The notes under the pieces are model-generated. The model ran no database searches, had not been told where the DNA came from, and was given only the letters and a program-made list of their open reading frames with translations. Made by a program: the position numbers and the translations under genes. From contig NC_083435.1 in assembly GCF_020745735.1 (NCBI RefSeq), forward strand, positions 13,733,201-13,797,200: 64,000 nt of DNA, in the 5' to 3' direction. The stretch's first letter is position 1. Every line of letters starts with the position of its first letter. The stretch comes from Hemiscyllium ocellatum (taxonomy: Eukaryota). Of this stretch, positions 1 to 12,469 are shown one piece after another.

Positions 1-130
1 TCACGTGCTACACTAAATTTGATTTAGACTCGATTTCTTTCTTCTTTTATGAGACTCCACCGCGAAAACCACCAACTGTCACTACAACAATATTGGAAAA
101 ACACCCGTCGAGGGACATAGTTTTTTTTTC

Positions 131-450
131 GTGGCAACGTGGTGGTTCAATGGTTAGCACAGTTCCCTCACAAAAACAAGGAGCCGCGTTCAATTCCAGT
201 CTTGAGCAACTGTCAGTGTAGGGTTTGCAAATTCTCCCGATATCTACGTGGACCTTCCGTCGATTGTTCCTGTTTCATCACAGAATGGAAGCTAAGTGGG
301 TTAGCCATAGGAAGCACGGGGTTAGCGGATTTGATCTGAGTGGGATGCACTTGGGAATGTCGGTGCAGAGTCGATCGACCGTGTGGCCTGCCTCCACAAT
401 GCGTCCTGATTCAATTTGGCTAGTACAGGTGCCATTAAACCGAGAGTCTG
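131..450 (+). mobile_element. HE1-like V-SINE, degenerate
   Basis: tRNA-like head tggttagcac...gttcaattcc followed by the V-SINE central domain (tttgcaaattctccc...). Confidence 0.7.
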
Positions 451-959
451 TCCTCGAATATAAATCCCACCCCCTACACTATCATTCCAGACATTTATTC
501 GCCTATCTTATCCTTTTATATTTATACTTAATTGCACATGATCAAAGCCATTTCAAACCAAATGTCAACAAAAAGAATGGAAAACCAATACGTTGAGCAC
601 AGAACAAAATGGTTCAAAGCAAAACGATGATACTTTTTTTTCAAGATGCAAGTAAATTAAAGACAAAACTCTTTTACATTTTATAAAGTAAGTTTATGGT
701 GCATAAAAATGCGAATAAGATAGCTTCTGATGGAATATTCGCTGCTTTTAAACTGAAACATTATCTAAACGTTAATAGTATTTTCATTATTCAATTAAAT
801 GCCAAATATATAAATTATACACTCAAATAAAATAACAGTGATTATAGTTAACTAGGGCATTACATACTAACTACTTGTCTAAATACAATAGAACATCACA
901 AGGCATCAACTGCTAGATAAAGAGTTGTACATAATAACGAATAATATAAGTTCACTCAC

Positions 960-1020
960 CAACCATTAGTGGAAAGAAAATGAGCTGCATTGTCATAAAT
1001 TGCCAAATTAAAGTCATCAT
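960..1020 (-). CDS. Probable signal-peptide exon of a neighbouring minus-strand gene continuing off the left edge
   Basis: The minus strand reads MMTLIWQFMTMQLIFFPLMV plus 1 nt, then G|GTGAGT in phase 1. Same donor, phase, near-identical length and IxFPxxx| register as the leader at 34758-34815. Confidence 0.45.
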
Positions 1021-1399
1021 CGATAAAAATAAACTGCAGGAAGAATTAGTTACAATGGCGTTTAAGATGAAAACTGTCAACTCCTTGCCTGTTGACTTCA
1101 CCAATGAATTACTTATTGGTTTTTAATTGATAAAACCACATGCACAGACAACACTGGTGCAGAAAAGGAAATGGATTACTGCCTTCAGCATGGGCTTTTT
1201 AAAAAAATAAATTTGTAAAACGTAATTATAGACAGTACATTTACAGTTGGTGATGCAGTGTATTGTGCATGTCAATAATGCGTTACTGTAGAAACTGATG
1301 ATACTATGGCTTTAAGAGGTATATTTTGTCTTTTGTTTCTATGAAGAAAAGTTGAGACAGAGGCGGCAAGCACTCTACACCAAAGCCAATAAAGTAAAC

Positions 1400-1910
1400 A
1401 GATTGTGAGACCTTTTATGTTAAGTCATACAACAGAAGTAGCCTGAGTGGGTGGGGTCAAGTTCACAAAGAACCAGAAGTTTTTGTTTATACTTGTAGCA
1501 GTTCCTTTGATCTTGAAACTGGAAAGTTATTCCTCTCTCTGTTACAGCTAAAAGCTGGTGTTCTCCTCCTGCTGCTCGAATTACATGTGAGACAATCTAT
1601 TTTGCTTTATTTGTCTTTGGCAAGGAGTGTACTTATGGGATGTTGCTAGATCAGAAAAAGTTAATCAATAGTTTATTATTTTGTTAAGCATTTTGATAGA
1701 GTTACTGTTAAACCAATTATTTTCTTTTGTTTTTATTTTGTGTGTTAATTGCAGTATATGAATAAAATGTGTTTTGCTTCATACCTGCCTGGTTGATCAA
1801 TTGAATTACATCTAGAACACAATGCCTTATGCGTAACATTCAAATAAGAAACGTTATGGCTTAGTGTATCTTCTTCATATATTTTGAGCGAGTTTAGTCT
1901 GGTCCATAAC
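1400..1910 (+). mobile_element. Possible LTR-like repeat
   Basis: Ends in ccataaca like the 62629-63426 element and has AATAAA near 1761. The left boundary is unclear. Confidence 0.3.
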
Positions 1911-4900
1911 ATAATGTATTTACTGTTATGCATTTGTACATTAGACACCACTCCACAAATAAATGTTACTTCTGTCGCTTTTGAGTTGACCAACATAGTC
2001 ATCGGGACAAGGAAAAGGAGAGAATTAGCAATGATTAAATTAACTGTTATTCCTGCAGTATGCTCTCGAACTAGGGGACACAGATTAAAAACAAGAGTCT
2101 TCTACATAAGACAAAGATGAAGAGAACGTCTTTTTACTCTCAGTGTTCTTCGTCTTTGGAATTCTCTTCCCCAGGAAGTAGTGGAGGTTGTACACAATGT
2201 TGACTTAAATGGATTTTGTGATGGGCAAAACAGTCAATGGCTATCTGGGGCAGGGGAGACAGTAGAGCTGAGATTACAGCGAGATCAGTCTTGATCTTAC
2301 CGAGTAATGGAGCCTGCTCAAAAGACTGAACGCCCTATTCCCGAACTTAAGTTCAATATTCCTACAAAGCTGCAGCACTGAACCCGATAAAAAGGATAAG
2401 ATTCTTTCTTAGCAAGATAGCGATGCATATTGTACATCTATCTACAGCTTGTGGAATGACTATGTTCTCCGTGTTGAATTCACTTTGGAGTATTAGTAAG
2501 GAAAACATAATAGGCTTTATTAATACGTATCAATTAAATTCTTGTTGAAACTGTAATAGAGAATGAAGAATCTGAGGTAATAGAGGCAGAAAATGCTGGA
2601 GATACTCATCCCATTTGATAGCATCTGGGGAAAGGGAAAGATACTTAATGTTTGGAGTCGGGTACGATCCTTCTTCAGAATTTTCACTTTCAACAGTAAG
2701 CATTAAACATTAGCATTGTTGTTCTCTCTCTCGCTATACACTGTCAGACCAACATTTTCTGTTTTTTTTTATTTCAGACTTCCAGCATCTGCAGTATTGC
2801 ACATTATTTCACAGACACTTTGGTTCAACATCCAACCTGTTAACAGCTTCATTTGAGAATTCAAGAAAGCCTCAACTGATGCGTACAGGGTACACAGCAT
2901 ACCGAAATTACCAAGGATCATTTCAATGAGTTATCAGGGCATGGGAAGAATTTTGGATTTGTTGGACAAAAGGACCTTGTAATCCGACTTCTGCAATTCT
3001 ACCTGTCTCATGACACAGTAATGATGGGCTTTTGACCAATCATTGCTATCTATGTCTTTCATTAATGTACATCAGACCGCTACATGAGACAATGAGCATC
3101 CCAACTGTGAAAAGATTTAAACCAAACGCCTAGTTTCAAGCTATACTTTTCAAATAAACTAACTCACATCAGAATATTTTCCTTAACATTCAAATACTGG
3201 ATCCCAAAATGCGACTTCACTGAATAAACCTATCGAATTTGTGTTTCAATATTCAGTGTAAACCAATACTGATCATGAGTTAACTTGTCTCTCACCTGCT
3301 CCTCCCTCGTTGTTCAAGCTTTCCTTCAAATGCTTTGGTTTGCTATATTTTCCTTCTTATTCTCATCCTTCACTATTCTCAGCAAAGTGCATTCGTTCTA
3401 ATTGAATAAAAGTGTGAATTGAGAAATCACTGCAAATCAAGTACCATGCAGTATGGGATCTAACATAAAGATTTCCAACCTATTCTTCCAATTCAAAACT
3501 TCTAAAATTCTTTTCAAGAATCTTATACAATGTGATTTAAGAGCAATCTTCATCATTATAGTACGGGATAATTTATTGACTTTAAATATTCGACATATTT
3601 GAAACATCTTACGTTTCCAATCTGATTTTTACCTAAACTAAAGCCGGCAGTGATGAAAATAGACCTTCCTATTCTGTGCGGCAGCAATTGTTCTGTGGCT
3701 CATCACATATTAATACAAAATCTGCAAAATGAGAAAGTTGGTTTCATGCATTTATAAAATATTTTGCCAGTTATCTGTTTACACCCTCTACTGTCTCCAT
3801 TAATAGCCGGAGGAGGTCTGGTGAAAATAACACCACTTTAATTTTGGTCAAGAATCAAAGAACTGCACTTTATTCAAACTTCACAGCTTCTACATCAAGG
3901 CGTGACCGGTGCTAGAGACTTCTTTGAATTACGAAGAAGCTGAATAAATAATAACATTCATTCTTTTCCATTTGTTAATATTGAATCGTTGAAACACTAA
4001 GCCGGAATAGACTATTCGGTCCATCAATCCTTCTCCACCATTCAATATAAACATAAGGTGATTCTCTATTTCAGTGCAGTACCTGCACGCTCTCCCCATA
4101 GCCTTTGACATCACTGAAGACTAGAAACGTATCTATTTCTTCCTTGAGTATGATAAGTAATTTATCCTCAAGAGTCTTATGTGCCAAAGAATTCTGTCAG
4201 TTCGACACCCATTTCATAACAGATCCAAATGGTCTGTCCCATATTCATGAAATCTTAACACCTTTTTTCGAAGACCAGACAGGAAAATCTTTACCTGAGC
4301 ATCCAGTGTCTGTCAGTTCTATGCAGTTCAATGCATTCCTCGTCTCAATCAAGTCCAGTGAGTGCAGTCTAAACGGTCCTATCTTTGCTTATTCCTAACT
4401 TCCTAGGAATCATTCTGATGAAGCCTTATGTAGCAAATAATAAAATGTTGCTATCGCAGGTTAAGCAAGCAAGTGTTCTGTACAATTTATGCTATTATGA
4501 AACCACAACCGGATGCTGAAGATTCTCTCAGTCCGATGACTAAATGAGCATTTGCTGCATGTATATTAAATGATAAATCACTTTGAACCGTGGCATATTT
4601 CGGGAATAAGATGGTTAAGTGACACCAGCTGTCTTTCTATTTCTAGTCTTAGCAGTCAGAGAACTTTCGAAAGTGAAGCATTCTCTAAAGAGTTCATACA
4701 TACTTCTACTATTCCAGATAAGCATCACTTCATCATCCAGAGATCATACACGCACAGAGCCACACACGCAAAAATAGATCCACACAAGAAAGTGTGCTAA
4801 CATATAAGCGTACCCATTGCCTTATATTTCGAAACGATGATCAGTTGCATGAGGATATCTAACTCTCACACTCGTGCCAGCTACCAATGATTTGCATATA

Positions 4901-6389
4901 TTGTAGCTACGCAAACTAGATTTTCATCTCTATTCACCATGCTATTAATATTAGATTAATTCCGCTGGTGCTCTCGGAATCCTGATAAATTATGTATTTC
5001 AATGAATTGGAGCTGAATTAGATAATTTTTTTTTAAATGGAACATGTGCATGCTTAGGTCAGTTGCAATGTCATTATTCAGATATTTGATTACTTATTTT
5101 CATGAAAAAGCCGAAGTAAATACAACGCACTTGTCAAAATAGAAGTAATGCAATTCGTTAAGACTTCCACATATTCATATTGGAAGGCTTAAGCCAAATG
5201 TCTGCAAATATCCTGGGTATGAGACAACAGTTTTCGGCAGAGAAGAAAAAAATTAAATAACACACTACACAAGACACATACATAACTCAAAATATTTTAA
5301 TATCATAATTTCAAGTCATAATCATCCGAAACTTGATGTAATTGTGCCAAGAAATGATTGCCCATAACAATCAGTAAAGCTGTCAATAAATGTATTCTGT
5401 ACACAAAATGGATCAAATTTAACTGATTTCTGAAGCTCAAATCGAAAGAATATACGATTAAAAAATCACGAAGAAACTGTTTAATTTTACGTAAAAATCA
5501 ATAACATATTTTAACAGAGGATATGAACCAGAAGTAAAATATTTGCAAGCAGTAATAATTGCCTGACAAAGCTGTCAAAAGTCTTCACCGTCACTTCCCA
5601 TCCAGTTATCTAACGAGCTCTCAAAACTCAACTACTTATAAACTTGGTTCTGGATCAGTGGTGCTGTAAAAGCACAGTAGTCAGGTTTCCAGCATCTGCA
5701 GTCATTGCTTTTACCTACTTATAAACTTGTCCCTGTCTCCAGATCTAGCAGTGTTAACCATGTGATCACTGAACGTGACAAATGTGATACCTAATCCTAG
5801 TTAAGATTATTAAAGGCTATTTTTTCTTTGCCAAAATCAACATCTTTCATATTCAAAGTCATCACACTTATAAATACCCTTAACCCTGTTTTCTCTGAAA
5901 CAAATCCCAAAACCTCATATCCTTTTTCATATTGTTGAAATATTGCTGTTACAGAAAACTTTCATAAAACCATTGAGATGGATTTATTGAGAAACAGAAA
6001 ATTCAAACATAGATTTAAATTCAACCAGATTTCATACAGAAATTAACACAGAGACAAAGAGAAAGGCAACGTCAGACAGATGTCAACTTGTTATAAAAAA
6101 CTGAGGAAGAATGATTAACATCAGCCAGAAGGCGCGTCAAATGCACCTTGTTGTCGTATATGCAAACAACATTTTGGGTTTGGGTAAGCTTTATTTTGAA
6201 AGATCACAGTTTGCTAATTTCATAATATTCAACTTCATGTGAAATATTGTTACCCGTTTGTAGGGCACAAACTGTAGAAATCACCGAGTCTTAAAAAAGC
6301 CATTGACATAATTGTTCCTGAATTAACTAAGCGAAGGTACATGATGCATGATACACGATATTATCATCACTGAATAATTACTAGCAGTC

Positions 6390-6492
6390 AAGGTGTCTAG
6401 ATTAGAGTGATGCTAGAAGAGCACAGCAGTCCAGGCAGCATCCGAGGAGCAGTAAAATCGACGTTTCGGGCAAAAGCCCTTCATCAGGAATT
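6390..6492 (-). mobile_element. Short Penelope-associated repeat carrying the hammerhead motif
   Basis: Shares the gctggaaaag...cagcag..caggcagcatc module with the copies at about 2570-2800, 5645-5720, 9305-9440, 18625-18720, 23600-23770 and 62160-62240. Confidence 0.6.
6460..6487 (-). ncRNA. Minimal type I hammerhead ribozyme motif, intact core, in a Penelope-derived short repeat
   Basis: Minus-strand RNA: CUGAUGA-A-GGGC-UUUU-GCCC-GAAA-CGUC, with a predicted GUC cleavage site between 6460 and 6459. Stem II is perfect, stem III is the palindrome ACGU, and the flanks AGUAAUUC / GAUUUUACU can form an imperfect stem I. Confidence 0.7.
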
Positions 6493-7392
6493 ACTATTGT
6501 TCGGAGACTAAATAGAATTCGCTGTATAAATACTGTGACTGCTAAAGCAGGTCAGGCAATTGGCATCCTGCAGTGAAAAGCTCGCCTCATGTCACTTCAA
6601 ATCTATTCCTCCACCTCCAAGGCACAATTCAGAAATGTTTTCCATACTTGCCTGAAAGAGAATAACTCTAATGACACCGAAGGAGGTTAACACTATTCAA
6701 TTTGAAATTTTTATTTGATTGGCATCACATCTACATTCACTCCATTGACCTACAATAGCAGCATTATGTACCATTTTTATAAATGCAAATCGGAAATTCA
6801 GCAAGGCTCCCGAAATAACATGTTCTGCGACCCACGGCCAAAGGAGAGATAAGAGCAGCAGGTGCATGGGAACTCCACCATCTGCAAGTTCCCCTCCAAG
6901 TCACTCAGCATTCTAACTTAGAAAAATATTGCAGCTTGTTTTAGTGACACTGGGGTAAAATTCTGGAACACCCTCTCCACTAGCGTTATAGGATCACCTA
7001 TTTCAAATCAAAGATAGATACCGTTATGCAACTTCACTTTTCACTTCAGAGTATTCAGCAATAGCCCAGAAATAACTGTGAACCACGAAAACAAAGAGAG
7101 AATAAACTCAAGATTAAAATCACGATGAGAGAGGTACAGAGGAACTTGTTGGAGTTGCAGAATGAGAAGTTCCAGGATATTCATGAACTCCATCCAACAA
7201 TCTTAACATTTGTTAGCATTATTTAATAGCATTGTTCATGTATTAGTTGTGACTTTCTAAAATTCTCCAGTGTCGGAACATGATCCATTAAATTAGAAAT
7301 TACCAAATAATACTCCTTTATTTTACAGGAGGTGGCACAGAAAGCAAGAAACTAAAAGCCCGTTATCTTAACTTTTACCATAGCTATGGTAA

Positions 7393-7660
7393 GGACAGCG
7401 TGGTGGGTCAGTGGTTAGCACTACTACTTCACGGTACTAGGGTCCCGGGTTTGATTTCCGCCTCGGGTGGCTGTCTGCGTGGAGTTTACACATCCCTCGT
7501 CTCTTCCTCCCACAATCCAAAGTTAGGCAGCTGAGGTGAAATCATCTTGCTAAATTGCCCATTGTGTTCAGTGCATTAGTTAGGAAATGCGTCTGGGTGC
7601 ATTACTCTTTGGAGGGTCGGTATGGACTTGGGCCGAAGGGTCTGCTTCCATACTGGGGTC
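7393..7660 (+). mobile_element. HE1-like V-SINE
   Basis: Head cagtggttagcactact...cccgggtttgatt, central domain, and tail gggccgaagggtctgcttcc. Confidence 0.8.
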
Positions 7661-8296
7661 CTAAATTGAATTCATGGAGGCTACTCAGTGAATAAGGCGC
7701 CAAAGAATTATGCTTGCTGACTTTAATATGGTGACATGCAGATGTGTTTATCCCGTGCCTGCTTATATTAAAATAGTTTTGAGTATCATAGGCTAAAATG
7801 AACCTTAATGGAGTAATAAAGTTCAATTTTCTGTTATCCACTCCACCCTAGCACTGTTGTACTGATTGAATTGAGGGTTTTAAAAGCCTCTAAGATATTC
7901 GTAGGCAAACCAGATTGGAGTGTTTGCATTTCTAGGTCGTCAGTGCGGATGACTGGTCTCGTCAACATTGTACTAAGAAATTGAGGTGATAAGTTTGTAA
8001 AATTTCTCGCTCTAAAGACTTTTAAAGAGTACAATACATTGAAAGAGAGAGCAACACATACAAATACTATTTCACACTATACATTGAAGAGAACATTTTT
8101 TTTCCAAAAAGTACTGCGATTCCAGTGGTGTAAAATTGCTGGATTAAGGACCTGTGCGGAAAACTATCATTTCTGTCTATTGTAAGCACCGGGCCTCATA
8201 ACTTTAAATCCGTTAGAAGCAATAAGCAATTGCGTTACATTTAACTGGTGCCTAACTTTTTTCTAAAACTATTTTTAAGTTATTCAAGAAAGGCTG

Positions 8297-8562
8297 AGGT
8301 GGCACGGTGGCTCAATAGTTAGTACTGCTCCCTCCCACCGCCAGGGACCCAGGTTCGCTCCCAGCTTTGAGTGAAAGTCTACGTGGGTTTCCTCCCACAA
8401 TCCAAAAATATGTAGGCTAGGTGAAATAGCTGTGCTCAAGTGGCCCTGGTGCTAGGTGCATCATTCACAGGGAAATGGATCTGGGTGGGTTACTCTTTGG
8501 ATGGTCGGTGTGGACTTGTAGGGCTGAAGGGCCTGTTCCCACACTGTGGGTTACCTAATCTA
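8297..8562 (+). mobile_element. HE1-like V-SINE
   Basis: ggtggcacggtggctca...gggacccaggttcg head and gggctgaagggcctgttcccacactgt tail. Confidence 0.8.
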
Positions 8563-9099
8563 TATGATTCATCGGACGAACAACCAGCTTCCATCCATTG
8601 GAGATTACATCCGCTGTAAGTGAAGAAGGGAAAGTAAAAAGAACTATCACAATGATGAATTATGTCACTGTTAGCCACTTAGGACATCTATTTCTACATT
8701 TAACGTTTTAAGCTACCCGGTATATTACCTGCAGTTGTTTATGAATGATCTAAAAGGAAATTAGAAAAACACAAAAAAAGAGTATGATTCATGTGATGAT
8801 ACGTTATAACATCAGTATGGCCGGACCCTCTTTGTTTTTAAAGATCTGCTTTTGTAAAATCAGGAGTTAAAATTTATTACTGATATAATCGCTCTCTAAA
8901 TTATATTCTGAAATAAAAATGGCTTCTGTTGCCAAAGTTTTCAAGTTTTTTTTATATTTCAGCGTTGCTATATCCCTCTCTCACCTATGATCGATAAATT
9001 ATGCATTAATACATTTTCAAATATACAAATTAGAATTCCCTAACTGTTTTGGAGTTAAAAAGAAAGCATTTTCTAGTACGTTGCAGGGTGTCAAGGTGG

Positions 9100-9270
9100 C
9101 CCATCTCACTTTTCAGCCACTTTTAGAAGAGAATGTCCATTGAAAATGTGGATTGTGCCAACTTGTGCACAAAGACCATCCATCAACAGCAATGTAATGA
9201 TGACCAGATAATTTATTGTCAAGAGAAGCTGCTGGAAGGATAAATATTGGCGATGACATTGCAAAGAAAT
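9100..9270 (-). mobile_element. Old Deu-domain-type SINE fragment
   Basis: aacagcaatgtaatgatgaccagataat...ggataaatattggc is the reverse complement of the same domain. Confidence 0.5.
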
Positions 9271-9999
9271 AAAATGAACACAGCAGGTTTTGGAGATCTG
9301 AATTTAAATTGAAAGCATTTGGCAGCAGGTCTGGTAGCAGCTGTGGAGAGAGAAATAAAGTTAATGTTTTGGGTCCCATTGACTCTTCTGAAGAATAATC
9401 AGAGCTGCTACGTTTCTCCAGCAGTATTTTGTTGCTATGATTATCGTATTGCTATTATAGAACATCGAACTCCGGATTATTGCAATAAAACACCTCAGCT
9501 CAAATGACCTGCCATTCCAAAAGCAGCCGGGAATTTTTGTTCATCATCTCATAAGTGGAACTATTTCTGGTTACACTTCACCAGTGAAAGTAACACCCAA
9601 ATATCAGTCTAAAGTGGCTGTGCTCGAGCCGCAGGGAATGGGACTGACAACATCCAGACACATAGGCGAGATTTATACCCCATGCAATTGTAGCTCACAC
9701 TGAAATCTTACACCTCCTCAAAGAGGGACTTAGATGCACAATCACTGGCTTATGAGACGAGTTTCGTGGCCATAGTAGGTTTGGCAGTCATTCTGTACTG
9801 TAAAATCCCTTTCCTTTTTTTACACATTGAAATAAATGCAACGTTCAGGTTTGGCTGAAAAGTAGCATTTAACGTTCGTCCCAGCATCAAGGAAGAATTT
9901 GTCATCTGGTTTTGACAATCAATGGCATGACTTTCACTGAACCAACACACTGTCAACATTGTGGGAATTTACATTGACAGGATACTTAACTAAAGCAGC

Positions 10000-11004
10000 C
10001 AGACCTGTGATCAGCAGTGGGTCACAAGGATTGGTGCTGGGCTCACTGCTTTCCACCTTTTAATATAAATGATTTGGATATGAACATAGGAGGCATGGTT
10101 AGTAAGTTTACAGATGACACCAAAATGGGAGGTGTAGGGGACAGTGAAGAAAGTTGCCTCAAAGTGGGATCTTGATCAGATGGGCCAATCGGCTAAGGAG
10201 TGGCAAATTGAGTTTAATTTAGATAAATGTGAGGTGTTGCATTTTGGAAAGGCAAATCTGAGCAAGACTTATTCCCTTAATGCTAAGACCCTGATGAGTG
10301 TTGCTGAACAAAGAGACCTTGGAGTGCAGGTTCATAGTTCCTAGAAAGTGGAGTCTCAGGTCGACAGGACAGAGAAGAAGTCGTTTGGTATACTTGCCCT
10401 TATTAGTGCACTGAATATGGGAGTTGGGCGGTCATGCTGCGGCTGCACAGCACATTGGTGAGGCCACTTTTGAAATATTGTATACAGTTCTGGTCTCCCT
10501 GCTTTAGGAAGGATGTTGTGAAACTTGAAAAGGTTCAGAAAATATTTACAAAATGTTGCCAGGATTGAGGGTTTGAGCTATATGGAAAGGCTAAGTAGGC
10601 TGGGTTATTTATCCCGGAGCATTGGAGGCTGAGGAGTGGCCTTATAGAAATTTATAAAATGATGAAGTGAATGGAGAGGGTAAGTAGACAAGGTCTTTTC
10701 TCTGGGGTGGGGCAATCCGAAAATAAAGTGAGAAGTGAAAGATTGAAAAGTGTCCTAATGGGCAGGGTGATGCAGAGGGTAATGCATGTATGGAATGAGC
10801 TGCCAGAGAAAATGATGGAGGCTGGTACAATTACAATATTCAAAAGACAATGGGTGGATATATGAATATGAAGGGTTTAAAGGGATAGGGGCCAAACGCT
10901 GCCAAATTGGACTAGGTTAATTTAAGACATCTGGCCGTCATGGACAAGTTGTACCAAAGGATCTATTCTGTGCCGTACATTTCTATGACTGTATGATTCT
11001 ATGT
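10000..11004 (+). mobile_element. CR1 LINE 3' fragment
   Basis: RT C-terminal remnants (KFTDDTKMGG, FNLDKCEVLHFGK) ending in a ctatga(c/t)t microsatellite tail. Confidence 0.9.
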
Positions 11005-11099
11005 AAATACTGTACTTTACTAACATGTCAGACACCCCAAAAATAAGTTATGAATTAATAAATAACTGGTGTCCACTCCCACATCCATGACTGGATAAG

Positions 11100-11680
11100 G
11101 AATAAAAGAGGCACTTCACTCAAATTTTGATTCCCAAAAATCTGTCCACCATCTAAATGGCACAGTTAAGTAGTCGGATGCTATGCCATCCAATTAATTG
11201 GATAAGTGCAGCTCCAACAGTATTCAAAGAGCTCGGCACTACAGGAAAAACCTAATTGTTTGACACGCAAGACGCCACCTTGAATATTCAGTCTTTTCAT
11301 CACTGATGCATAGTGGCAGCAGGGTCCATTTACAAGGTTCACTGCAGTTTCTCACCAGGCCTTCTTTGGAAGTATATTGCAACACTATAATCACCATCTA
11401 GAAGGACAAAGACAGTAGATCCATATGAGCGCCACCACCACCACACAGGTTCCTCTCCAAGGATGTAACACGCTGGCTTAGAATTATGTCATTGTTCCTT
11501 TGCTATCATTGGAATGAAATCCTGGAAATCCCCCACACACAGTACTGTAAGCAAAACTACATCATAACTGATGATAACAGCTCAAGGAAGGGCTGACCAC
11601 TATCTTCTCAAGGACAGTTAATGATGAGCAACAAATGCCGTACCAAACTTCGCCTACATCCAATGAGAGCATAAAATTAC
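11100..11680 (+). mobile_element. Old CR1/L2-group LINE 3' remnant
   Basis: Same family as 20750-21560 and 22880-23440 (cagctccaaca...cactgcag...tagaaggaca...aaatcctggaa). Confidence 0.65.
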
Positions 11681-12469
11681 TTATAAAATAATGCTCTTCT
11701 CTTTATTCATTTCCTATTTTAATCTAGATTCGTCAAACATGTGTTTGACTTTTTCATAATTAATATTTGATTCTGGCTATCTTTACGGCTTTTAAAAAAT
11801 ATATTTCTCACTTAGAAAGTTAAAAGAGAGTAAAAGTATCTACCTTACTGTTTTTGGCACTACAAGTCTGAACGGGATGACGTCTTTCAGTTCACCCTGT
11901 CAACAAAAAGCAAACATGGGTACAATAATTTGGCATTGCAGTGATTGTTCCGAACGAATTCATCAATTAATAATTTATTGGAAATAATCTGGGACCTCTT
12001 CTACCAGTTTGACTTGACACTGATCTAAAATCAGTTTTCAGCAGCATGTGACACCTGTTTACATGTGACACCTGTAAACAAAATATACTTTGTTTAGGCA
12101 CTAAAAGGACAAATCAAGAACTCAGCCTTACTTACATAGACTCAAACTAAATTTAAATGTTAAGAAACTATATTGATCACTGGCTTAACGTTGGCCACAA
12201 ATAAATCCAGAATTCAAACAACCAAAACAAATGGAGCAAGGAAAGATCATCAGTCCATCAACCCTACCAATCTACTTGAACCTCCTGATTGACAGGAACT
12301 CTCATTCCTTTTTCTATTTGCTTTTGAAACCCCCATGCCAAATATATCATCATGTTGAAAGCAGTTTTGAATTTTCCTTATTCAAAGTTTTTAGTGGAAT
12401 TGTAACTAACTAGTTATTGAATATTTAGACCATTTGGCCAGCATGGATTCGTATTTAGCTCGTTTATTT

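Noticed and set aside
960-1034. Alternative reading FIFIDDDFNLAIYDNAAHFLSTNGW as a glycosyltransferase DxD-type exon
   Set aside because: No recognisable partner exons or homology. The signal-peptide frame fits the local gene family better, though this reading is not fully excluded.
3296-3397. Minus-strand 102-nt exon-like segment with good acceptor and CAG|GTGAGA donor
   Set aside because: Stop codons in all three frames. It could only be non-coding and there is no other support.
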